Of a stretch of DNA of 64,000 nt, positions 38,709 through 46,951 are shown piece by piece. Below the pieces are notes generated by a model that saw only the letters and a list, made by a program, of their open reading frames with translations, had not been told where the DNA came from and did not search any database. Location: the NCBI GenBank assembly GCA_021790425.1, contig JAJYEA010000001.1:19-64018 (forward strand), read 5' to 3'. Positions within the stretch are counted from its first letter, which is position 1. Each line of letters starts with the position of its first letter. Source of the stretch: Thermoplasmata archaeon. GTDB lineage: Archaea > Thermoplasmatota > Thermoplasmata > Lutacidiplasmatales > UBA184. The position numbers and the translations under genes are program-made.

Positions 38709-39293
38709 ATGACGCAACGCACTCCCCCCACCATCCGCTTCTACACCTCGAACGAGGGCAAGGTCCGGGAGGTCCGGGAACTCCTCGAGGGGCGGGGGTA
38801 TCGGGTGGCCTGGTCTCGCCGCGAGCTGACGGAACCCCAGGCGGACGATCTCGAGGAGGTCGCCCGGGCGAAGCTCGCGGCCGTTCCGCGCGGGAAGGAC
38901 CTCGCGCTGGTGGAGGACTCCGGGATCTTCGTGGCTGCCCTCGGTGGTTTCCCCGGGGTCTACTCGGCCTACGTCCTGCGGACCCTGGGGCTCCCGGGCA
39001 TCCTGAGGCTCGTGGACGGGAAGCCGCGCGCGGCGGAGTTCCGTGCGGTGGTCGGCCTCCGCGATGGGACCCGGACCCGCTTCTTCCACGGCGCGGTCAA
39101 GGGAACCCTGGCGCCCCGGCCGCGGGGCAGCGGGGGGTTCGGCTACGACCCCATCTTCATCCCGGACGGCAAGACCCAGACGACCGCCGAGATGACGTCC
39201 GCGGAGAAGAACGCGCTCTCGCACCGTGGCAAGGCGCTGCGGGGGCTGGCCCGCTACCTGGCCCCTCCGGGCCGCGTCTCCCGTTCAGCGTGA
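38709..39293 (+). CDS. rdgB: non-canonical purine NTP pyrophosphatase (RdgB/Ham1)
   Basis: TSNEGKVRE, EDSG, FPGVYS, GFGYDPIF, KNALSHRGKA. Confidence 0.95.
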   Translation: MTQRTPPTIRFYTSNEGKVREVRELLEGRGYRVAWSRRELTEPQADDLEEVARAKLAAVPRGKDLALVEDSGIFVAALGGFPGVYSAYVLRTLGLPGILRLVDGKPRAAEFRAVVGLRDGTRTRFFHGAVKGTLAPRPRGSGGFGYDPIFIPDGKTQTTAEMTSAEKNALSHRGKALRGLARYLAPPGRVSRSA

Positions 39294-40130
39294 TCTCGAC
39301 CCCTTGCGGCCCACGATCAGGAAGTGGTGGCTGGTGGCCACGATGGCGGGGTCCGTGCAGGTTGCGGCGTGGACCGACAGCCAGCGTTCGATCGCCTCCG
39401 GTTCCCGGCGGCTGCGCTGGTTGAAGACGGTCTGGTGGTGCGTGGCGAGGCCCTCAAGCCCCACCCGCTCCTCGATGCGGATCCCCTGGCGCTTCATCGC
39501 CCGCTCGAGCTCCTCCGGGAGGTAGAAGTGGGCCGGTGCGAACCCGTACCCCCCGAGGTAGTCCCCGGTCCGAAGCATGCGGTCGACCACGTCCGGGTCC
39601 TCGACGAGCTCCCGGGCCGGGCGGACGAGCTCTCCCTCGATGATGGCCCAGCGTCCGATCACCGAGATGAAGAGGGGAGCACCGGGCTTGGCGACCCGGA
39701 CGAGCTCCGCGATCGCCCGGGCACGGTCGCGAGCCCGGAGGAGGTGCCCGAGCGGACCCCCCAAGCAGAGCACCGCGTCGAACGTGCCGTCCTGGAAACG
39801 AGACAGGTCGCGGATGTCGCCTTCCACGACGTCCCGCACCTGGCGTGCGGCCCCCCCGCGACGGATCGCCCAGCGTGCCCGGAGCAACAGCTCGGGAGAG
39901 CGGTCCAGGAGAGTCGTTCGGTACCCCTGCTGCGCCAGGGCTACCGTGTATCGTCCCGGTCCTCCCCCCGCATCGAGTACTTCCCCCCGGGGAGGAAGAT
40001 ACTTGCGCAGGTAGTGGAGCGTGGTCCCGAATTCCAGCCGCTCCTGGAAGGGATCCCGGACGAGACGGCGCCACTCGTGGAGGGTGGTCTCTCGGTAGTA
40101 CCGGGCGACCTGCTCGTCCACGGTCTCCAT
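39285..40130 (-). CDS. class I SAM-dependent methyltransferase
   Basis: VLDAGGGPGRY, FDAVLCLGGPL, VAKPG. Confidence 0.9.
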   Translation of the reverse strand: METVDEQVARYYRETTLHEWRRLVRDPFQERLEFGTTLHYLRKYLPPRGEVLDAGGGPGRYTVALAQQGYRTTLLDRSPELLLRARWAIRRGGAARQVRDVVEGDIRDLSRFQDGTFDAVLCLGGPLGHLLRARDRARAIAELVRVAKPGAPLFISVIGRWAIIEGELVRPARELVEDPDVVDRMLRTGDYLGGYGFAPAHFYLPEELERAMKRQGIRIEERVGLEGLATHHQTVFNQRSRREPEAIERWLSVHAATCTDPAIVATSHHFLIVGRKGSRSR

Positions 40131-40218
40131 GCCAGTGTGCACGGCCGGGCCGAGATAAGCTCCGGGGAGGGGCACGTGCCTCCCACCCCGCTCCTCGTTC
40201 CGTAGGGGTTCGCCCGGG

Positions 40219-40992
40219 TCAGGCCGGAAGGAGATCGTGGATCAACGGGCGGACCTCGTCGAGATGCTCGACGACCCGGTCGGCCACGGCCGACCCTGCG
40301 GTCGGGGACGCGTGGAGCCCTCGGTAGCTCGAGCCATACTCGGAATGGAGCCCGGTAAAGAGGATGGTGCCGCGCAGACCCGCACGCCGTCCGCCGTCCA
40401 CGTCGGACGAGCTGTCCCCCACGTGCACGGTCGTCTCGGGCCGCTCCCCCAACTTCTCCACCGTCCACCAGTAGGGATCCGGGGCGGGCTTGGACCACGG
40501 GTGCTCGTCGCTGAAGACCATGGCGTCGAAATACTCCCCGATACCCAGGGAACGAAGGTGAGGTCGGAGCATCGCACCGGTCTCCCCCACGGTATTGGAG
40601 ACGATGCCGATCCGGTACCCGTCCTCCCTCAGGCCCCGCAACATCTCCCGGCAACCCGGGGCGAGCCGGAAGGGCTGCGAGGCGACCAGATCGCCCAAGC
40701 GCTGCAGATATCGTTCCGGACGGGGACGCCGTCCCACCGCGACTCCTGCGCTCTGGATCTGCTGCGCCGGGGTCACGGAAAGGCCCTTGTGGGCAGACGC
40801 CACGGCGGACTCGAGCACCTGGGCAAAAACACTCGCCATCGGATCGTGGGCGAGTGTGGGCCCGTCCGGGATCCTCTCGGACTCCTCGAGGGTCGCAACC
40901 GCAGCTTCGAGCTGGGACCGGTAGTAGGATTCCCCCTCGCCTGGGGTAAGGTAGAGCAGCGTGTACCAGAGATCGAACGTTACCGCGGGCAA
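40219..40992 (-). CDS. HAD-superfamily hydrolase
   Basis: FDLWYTL, VSNT, KP.P, HVGDSSSDVDGG. Confidence 0.9.
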   Translation of the reverse strand: MPAVTFDLWYTLLYLTPGEGESYYRSQLEAAVATLEESERIPDGPTLAHDPMASVFAQVLESAVASAHKGLSVTPAQQIQSAGVAVGRRPRPERYLQRLGDLVASQPFRLAPGCREMLRGLREDGYRIGIVSNTVGETGAMLRPHLRSLGIGEYFDAMVFSDEHPWSKPAPDPYWWTVEKLGERPETTVHVGDSSSDVDGGRRAGLRGTILFTGLHSEYGSSYRGLHASPTAGSAVADRVVEHLDEVRPLIHDLLPA

Positions 40993-41207
40993 GGTTCGGA
41001 GCCGGAAGCCCCGTGCGGCTTATCTGTCTTGCGAAAAGGGCGCGGAGGAACCGCGAGGGTCACCGAACACTCCCGTCCCGTCCGGCGTCAACGGAACGGA
41101 CCGATGGTCCGAGATAGCTCGCTCCGGGACCCGAACCGCCAAGATCGAGACCGGGGCCGGGCCCGACTCCCCGAAGCGAACGAACGGGGTGATCGAACGA
41201 GCGGAGG

Positions 41208-41654
41208 TCAGCCGCCGCATCCGCCGGAGCCGCATCCGCAGCTGCCGCCGGATTCCTCGCCCGTGCCACAGGAGTTGCATCCACCCGCCTCGTTGACGGG
41301 CATGTTGGGGTTGGTGACCTTGAACCCGGACTCCTCGCCCAGGGTGACGAAGTCCACGTTCGCCCCGTTGAGGAAGTCGGCGCTGTACGGGTCCACGATG
41401 AAATGGATACCGCCCACGGTGATCACGTTGTCACCGTTCTTGGCCTTGTCGAAGGCCATGCCGTAGAGTGGGGCACTGCCTCCGCAACAACCCCCGCCAC
41501 CGCCGACCTGAACAAAGACGCGGACGGCCATGTCGGGCTTCTGGTCCTTCATGAGCCCCTTGATCTGCTCGACCGCCGTGGAAGAGACGTCCAGCTTGAA
41601 CGACTTGACGGCATCGGGGGAGGCACCGGAACTGGGATCCTGCGCTGTTGCCAT
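41208..41654 (-). CDS. A-type Fe-S carrier (HesB/IscA) with Gly/Cys-rich tail
   Basis: GGCCGG, YGMAFD, VDPYSADFLNGANVDF, GFKVTNPN, SCGCGSG. Confidence 0.88.
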   Translation of the reverse strand: MATAQDPSSGASPDAVKSFKLDVSSTAVEQIKGLMKDQKPDMAVRVFVQVGGGGGCCGGSAPLYGMAFDKAKNGDNVITVGGIHFIVDPYSADFLNGANVDFVTLGEESGFKVTNPNMPVNEAGGCNSCGTGEESGGSCGCGSGGCGG

Positions 41655-41864
41655 GCCAAATTAGAATACCCCACCCTATTTAAATTGAAGGGTGAATCCA
41701 GACCGACAGACTGATCGGGACGACGCCCGTCGGCGCTCCTTGGCCACCGGGGGCATCATCGCGAACGGAGCCGCGGGAGGGTGGAGGGCGGGCCACCCGG
41801 TGCATTTTACGGTCTATCTCTTATCTACCCATCTCCGTTGGTGGCCCCCGAGGACAAACGAAAC

Positions 41865-42416
41865 ATGTCTCTGCACGGTCACGGGGTCGTGAACGTATGG
41901 CTCTCCAGCGGCGACCTCGAACGTTCGAAGCGGTTCTACCGGGACACGTTGGGCCTTCCCCTTCTCAACGAGGAACCGGGGGAAGCGTTGCACTTCGATG
42001 CCGGCGGATCCGTCCTCTCGCTCCACATCCAGGTGCCGGGCGAATCCCTTTCGAAGTCCTCTTGGCTGGTCTTCTGCATCCCCCACGACCTTGACACGGT
42101 CTACGAGGACCTGGGGAAGTCCGGCGTGGAGTGGGACGCACCGCTCCAGGACCTGCCCTTCGGCAGGGGAGCCATGTTCCTCGACCCGGATGGAAACGAG
42201 CTCTGGCTCTGGGAGACCCCGAAGCAAGGAGACGCCCGGAGGTCGAGCTACTCGCAGGTGGCCCCCTTGGTCGAGACGCTGACGGCACGACTCCGGACGG
42301 GAGCACCTCCCGCGACCAAACCCGCTCCGGCCCGACCGGCCTCTCCGAAGCCCCGCCCGACGACCGCCAAGAAGGCGCCGACGAAGGGCCCGGCCAAGAA
42401 AGGGCGGAAGCGCTAA
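41865..42416 (+). CDS. VOC/glyoxalase family protein with basic C-terminal tail
   Basis: DLERSKRFYRDTLG, PFGRGAMFLDPDGN. Confidence 0.88.
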   Translation: MSLHGHGVVNVWLSSGDLERSKRFYRDTLGLPLLNEEPGEALHFDAGGSVLSLHIQVPGESLSKSSWLVFCIPHDLDTVYEDLGKSGVEWDAPLQDLPFGRGAMFLDPDGNELWLWETPKQGDARRSSYSQVAPLVETLTARLRTGAPPATKPAPARPASPKPRPTTAKKAPTKGPAKKGRKR

Positions 42417-42787
42417 CTGAAGCTCTTCCCGCAGGAACAGACACTCTTCGCGTTCGGGTTCCGGATCTTGAACCCGGAGGCCTCGAGCGAGAGGACGAAA
42501 TCGATCTCGAGCCCGTTCAGCACCTGTGAGCTCGCGGGGTCCACGATGACCCGGAGGCCCTCCCCCGCGTCGATGATCTGGTCCCGGTCGCCGGGCCGGT
42601 CGAACGCCATGTCATAGACGAGCCCCGAGCAGCCGCCCCCCTGGACGGAGATGCGAAGCCCCTTGCCCTCCTGGTGCTCCCGCTCCACCAGCCGCAGGAA
42701 CTGTTCGCGGGCACTCGGAGTGACCGTGACGTCGATCTTCGGGGTCTCCGGCATCTTCGCGCCGAGGTGGACCAGTGTAGCGGACAT
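42413..42787 (-). CDS. A-type Fe-S carrier (IscA/SufA/ErpA family)
   Basis: GGGCSGLVY, GFKIRNPN, CSCGKSF. Confidence 0.93.
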   Translation of the reverse strand: MSATLVHLGAKMPETPKIDVTVTPSAREQFLRLVEREHQEGKGLRISVQGGGCSGLVYDMAFDRPGDRDQIIDAGEGLRVIVDPASSQVLNGLEIDFVLSLEASGFKIRNPNAKSVCSCGKSFS

Positions 42788-42919
42788 GAGCTGACCTCAA
42801 CAACCGCGGGGCAATATATAAGTGCTTTTGCGGCTAAATTGAGACACACCCGGGCAGGAGCGCGAAGCGACGGCGATATCGCTGCGGTCACCGAGTTGGT
42901 CGGGGCGCCGACCGCGGGC

Positions 42920-43840
42920 TCACTTCGTCCCGTTCGGTGTGAGGGTGGCGGCCCGCAGGGCGTCCAGCGTCGTGCGGTGCTCGGCCTTGACGTTGTACTT
43001 GTGGATCGATTCCTCGCTGTCGGTCTCGGCCACGACCTCGGTGGACCCCGGAAGGCGGGCGAACTGTTGCCTCGCGAGGAGGAGCACGGAACGGATGACG
43101 TCCTCGACGAACTTGGGCTTCCGGTGGGCGTTCAGCACGAGCCGCCCCTCGTCCCCCCGCTTCAGGATCGCGTACGTGGGGGAGCTCTGGGCCTCCCCGA
43201 TCACGTCGAGGATCTCCTCCGCCTCGATCTCGACGTCCTCCGACACGATGAGCGAGAGACGGGTCCGGTTGCGTTGATTGTGGGTGATGATCGGCATGGA
43301 CGACATGCTCGGGTCCTTGAGCAAGGGGTATTCCTTCTCGAGCTCCGAGCGGCAGGTCTCCATCGCGCACGGGCAGGCGGTCATCCCGACCGCTTCGGCC
43401 CCGATGGCCTTGCGCACCTCCACACCGCCGTTCGTGCGCCGGGCCCAGGCCCGCGCCAACAGCACGAAGTTCTCGAGGGAGCGCTTCTCATCGCTCAGAC
43501 CCATCCCGCGGAAGTACTCCGCCTCCGCGATGACCTCGGCCTCCGTGGCATACCCGTGCCGGTTCAGGAGCTCGCGCGCGATGACCGCGCAGGCGGCCTC
43601 GAGCGATGCCATGGGACGGATGACCGTCTGGTCGACGATCTCGGCCAGCACCTCAGCGTTGCGCGACAGGTCGGAGCCCTTCTTGGTCTCCGGAATGTTC
43701 ACGAAGACCGAGAAGGACGCGGCCAGCACATGCACCCCGTCGGCGCGGTGGATGTTCAGGGGCTTTCGCACCCCGGTAATCCCCACCCGTCCGAGCGGAA
43801 GCCATGCCACAGGAGGGGCCATGGCGTGCACATCCTTCAT
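42920..43840 (-). CDS. mptA: GTP cyclohydrolase MptA/FolE2 family
   Basis: RVGITGV, KGSDLSRN, MTACPCA, THNQR, LKRGDE, KFVEDVIR, EESIH. Confidence 0.92.
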   Translation of the reverse strand: MKDVHAMAPPVAWLPLGRVGITGVRKPLNIHRADGVHVLAASFSVFVNIPETKKGSDLSRNAEVLAEIVDQTVIRPMASLEAACAVIARELLNRHGYATEAEVIAEAEYFRGMGLSDEKRSLENFVLLARAWARRTNGGVEVRKAIGAEAVGMTACPCAMETCRSELEKEYPLLKDPSMSSMPIITHNQRNRTRLSLIVSEDVEIEAEEILDVIGEAQSSPTYAILKRGDEGRLVLNAHRKPKFVEDVIRSVLLLARQQFARLPGSTEVVAETDSEESIHKYNVKAEHRTTLDALRAATLTPNGTK

Positions 43841-43895
43841 GGTGGTATTCTGTAGAAGCGAGCGCTTTTAAGCTGGACTTCTTTCCAAAAACGAC

Positions 43896-44342
43896 ATGCC
43901 CCCGCAGAGCGGCAAGAAGCCCGCGAGTTCGCGCAAGCATCCCATCCGGGTCTTGATCGCTAAGCCGGGGCTCGATGGCCATGACCGCGGTGCGAAGGTC
44001 GTGGCCCGGGCGCTGCGGGACTCCGGGATGGAGGTCATCTACCTGGGTCTGCGACAGACACCGGAGGACATCGTGGAGGCCGCGATCGAGGAGGACGTCG
44101 ACGTGATCGGTCTTTCCCTCCTGTCGGGCGCGCACATGACGCTCATACCGCGGGTCCTCAAGCTCCTGAAGGAGCGCAAGGCGACGGACATCAAGGTTCA
44201 CGCCGGAGGGATCATACCGGACAACGACGCCGCACGGCTGCGGAAGATGGGCGTCCGGACGGTCTTCGGCCCCGGGAGCTCGCTCGAAGAGATCATTGCG
44301 GCGGTCGAGGCGTCCGCCCGACCGGCCGGTTCCTCCCACTGA
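43896..44342 (+). CDS. methylmalonyl-CoA mutase cobalamin-binding subunit
   Basis: [29 protein letters not shown]. Confidence 0.95.
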   Translation: MPPQSGKKPASSRKHPIRVLIAKPGLDGHDRGAKVVARALRDSGMEVIYLGLRQTPEDIVEAAIEEDVDVIGLSLLSGAHMTLIPRVLKLLKERKATDIKVHAGGIIPDNDAARLRKMGVRTVFGPGSSLEEIIAAVEASARPAGSSH

Positions 44343-45309
44343 CCGACGGCCCGGGGAAGAGCCCCTGACGGTTGCCGACGGTCCGATGCGGGCGTTCCGC
44401 CGCTGGCCATCCGGTACGGAAGCGATCGGGTGCCGGGCGTTCCGTTGACCTGAAGGGCACGGCACGGAGCATCCAGGACCCGGCGGTCAGGATTCCAACG
44501 AGCGTCGCGAGCCAGAGGCCGGTCGCGACCGTCGGGGTGATCCAGTTCAGGGGCGGTGAGCTCGTCACCTTCGTCAGGCCGTAGGTCACGAGGACGACGT
44601 CGACACCCATCGCGACGCGGCTGAAGAAGTCCTTCGAGACCCCGCGCAGGAGGAGGATCCCGAGCGGGATGCCCAACGCGATCGCGATGACCGGTGTGGG
44701 GAGGAAGACGAGCACCTGGGCCGAGGTGGCGCCGGAGGTGTAGAACCCCGCCATCGCGTACGCGGCCAGGGTGAACCCGCCTTCCGCGAACCGTATCTGG
44801 GCCACGGACGCCCGGAACTCGTCCTGGCCGAGACCTTGGTTCCTCCAGAAGAGCGCGAGGGGAGGGCCCGAGATGGTGGTGAAGGAGTAGAGGAATCCGA
44901 TCCCGCTTCCCCAGACCGTGGCCGCCCGTCCCTCGCTCCGCAGCGGACGCGTGACGCCCAGGAACTGGAGGGCCACCAGCGGGAGGAGCAGCGCGTAGAA
45001 CCCGACCCTCATCTCCGTCAAGGACAGGTAGGCGAGGAGGAGCGTCCCCAGGATGACCCCGGGAAGGAGACCGAGGACCATCGGAGCTGCCCGACGCCAG
45101 GTGGTGCCGAGGTGTTCTCGCTGGTGGTAGAGGAGATACCCGTTCATCCCGAACTCGACCAGGACGAGGGAAGGGTTCAGGATGCGGCTGGACGTCCACA
45201 ACAGTGCGACGGGGGTGAAGATGGTCGAGAAGCCATAGCCGACCGCCCCGTTCACCACCGCGGCGCCCAGGGCCACGAGGAAGAGCCCGAGGTTGAGGTC
45301 GAAGCTCAC
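44293..45309 (-). CDS. TauE/SafE (TSUP) family exporter
   Basis: [15 protein letters not shown], multi-TM. Confidence 0.82.
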   Translation of the reverse strand: MSFDLNLGLFLVALGAAVVNGAVGYGFSTIFTPVALLWTSSRILNPSLVLVEFGMNGYLLYHQREHLGTTWRRAAPMVLGLLPGVILGTLLLAYLSLTEMRVGFYALLLPLVALQFLGVTRPLRSEGRAATVWGSGIGFLYSFTTISGPPLALFWRNQGLGQDEFRASVAQIRFAEGGFTLAAYAMAGFYTSGATSAQVLVFLPTPVIAIALGIPLGILLLRGVSKDFFSRVAMGVDVVLVTYGLTKVTSSPPLNWITPTVATGLWLATLVGILTAGSWMLRAVPFRSTERPAPDRFRTGWPAAERPHRTVGNRQGLFPGPSVSGRNRPVGRTPRPPQ

Positions 45310-45569
45310 CGTCGCTCCCTCGCGTCGGACTCCTCGAACGTGGGCGATCCCGGCCCGGAGAGGGAGGAAGGGGTTATGAGCGCAGTAGATGGCACATCAG
45401 AACGACGAGTATACGCTGTTCCTGCACTCATATGACCTAATTGTTGGCAACAGGCTCGGCGAGCGGACGCGGCGGAGCGGAGAGATGCCCCGTTCGAACG
45501 GGCCATCCACGGGGCGGAGGATTCGCCCCGAGCACGCCTTAATAGCGGGCGGCTCTGGCAGGCTCCGAA

Positions 45570-46553
45570 ATGGGGGGAAAGAGGCCGTCGCGGACGGCTG
45601 CCGTGGACCGGCTCCTGCGCGGGGACCGGCGAACGCTGGCCAAGCTGATCACAGGGGCCGAGGCTGGTTCCCCGGAGGCGCGCCAGGTGCTCCGCGCCAT
45701 CTACGGGAGGACCGGAAGGGCCACCGTGGTGGGATTCACCGGTCCCCTCGGCGTGGGCAAGAGCTCGCTCATCAACCGGACCGTCAATTTCCTGCGGGAG
45801 AAGGGGCTTCGCGTGGGGGTGATCGCCATCGATCCCTCGAGCCCCTTCACGGGCGGTGCCCTCCTGGGGGACCGGGTCCGGCTCGAGCGCCGGGAGGGGG
45901 ACACTGGGGTCTTCGTGCGCTCCATGGCGACCCGGGGACATAGCGGTGGGGTCGCCCAGGGGACCCGGGACGTGATCCGGCTGATGGAGGCGTTCGGGAT
46001 GGACGTCATCATCGTGGAGACCGTCGGCAGCGGACAGTCGGACGTCGACATCCACGATGTCGCCGCCACCCGCGTGGTCGTGCTGGTCCCGCACCTGGGG
46101 GACGATGTGCAGTCCCTCAAGGCCGGTCTCTTCGAGATCGCCGACGTCTTTGCGGTCAACAAGTCCGATCTCCCCGGCGCGATGGAGGCCGCGCGCCACC
46201 TCAAGGAGATGGTGACGATCATCGCCCCCCGGAACGGATGGAGACCCTCGGTGGTCGAGTCCTCGGCGGCCGCCGGAGAGGGGATCGTGGAGCTCTGGAA
46301 GGCCGTGGAGGACCACCAGCGGTTCCTCCGCGAGCACCATCTGGATGCCAAGGAATCCGGTGAACGCCGGGCCACCGAGGTGAGCGACCTCGTCCGCGGA
46401 CACCTCCAGACGGTCCTGCGCGACCTCCTGGAACACGACCCGGAAGCGCGGAAGCTCATGGAGGAGGTGGCCGACGGCCGGGTGGACCCCTACTCCGGGG
46501 CAGAGCGCCTCGTCGCCCGCATCTCCAAGACGTCGGTCGGCGCGCCGAGGTAG
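45570..46553 (+). CDS. meaB: MeaB/ArgK methylmalonyl-CoA mutase-associated GTPase
   Basis: TGPLGVGKSS, DPSSPFTGGALLGDRVR, ETVGSGQ, VNKSD. Confidence 0.95.
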   Translation: MGGKRPSRTAAVDRLLRGDRRTLAKLITGAEAGSPEARQVLRAIYGRTGRATVVGFTGPLGVGKSSLINRTVNFLREKGLRVGVIAIDPSSPFTGGALLGDRVRLERREGDTGVFVRSMATRGHSGGVAQGTRDVIRLMEAFGMDVIIVETVGSGQSDVDIHDVAATRVVVLVPHLGDDVQSLKAGLFEIADVFAVNKSDLPGAMEAARHLKEMVTIIAPRNGWRPSVVESSAAAGEGIVELWKAVEDHQRFLREHHLDAKESGERRATEVSDLVRGHLQTVLRDLLEHDPEARKLMEEVADGRVDPYSGAERLVARISKTSVGAPR

Positions 46554-46570
46554 CGTCCCCACGGATACCG

Positions 46571-46924
46571 ATGCCAGCTCCGAAGCGCAGGGTCTCCCGC
46601 GGGCTGCTCCGGACCGACGAGCGCCATTCCCCCTTCCGGACCACGATCACGGCACGGGAGAGGGCCGGTCGACGCCTGGAGACCCTCCAGAAGGCCCCGC
46701 TCAGCAGTTACCCGTGGATGGAGGCCTGGACCGAGTTCAAGCACCTCTCCAAGCGACAGCCCGACCTCCACGGCCGGCGGCTCCTCAACGACACCGCCAT
46801 CACCAAGGCCCAGTATCTGGCCCGCGTTGCCTATCGGGCCTGGAAGGGCCGCTCCCTGCCGGAGGGAAGGAGCTGGGGCCACGTGCGGAGCGCCCTGCTC
46901 GTCGTCTACGCGGAACTGGGCTGA
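46571..46924 (+). CDS. hypothetical protein
   Basis: 117-aa ORF filling the gap between meaB and the STAND ATPase. Confidence 0.55.
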   Translation: MPAPKRRVSRGLLRTDERHSPFRTTITARERAGRRLETLQKAPLSSYPWMEAWTEFKHLSKRQPDLHGRRLLNDTAITKAQYLARVAYRAWKGRSLPEGRSWGHVRSALLVVYAELG

Positions 46925-46951
46925 CCTCGCCCCCTCGGCCTCGTCTCGGGA

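Noticed and set aside
45385-45445. AT-richer intergenic stretch with ATGA...CTGA on the minus strand
   Set aside because: Box C match is poor and the spacing too short for a confident C/D sRNA call
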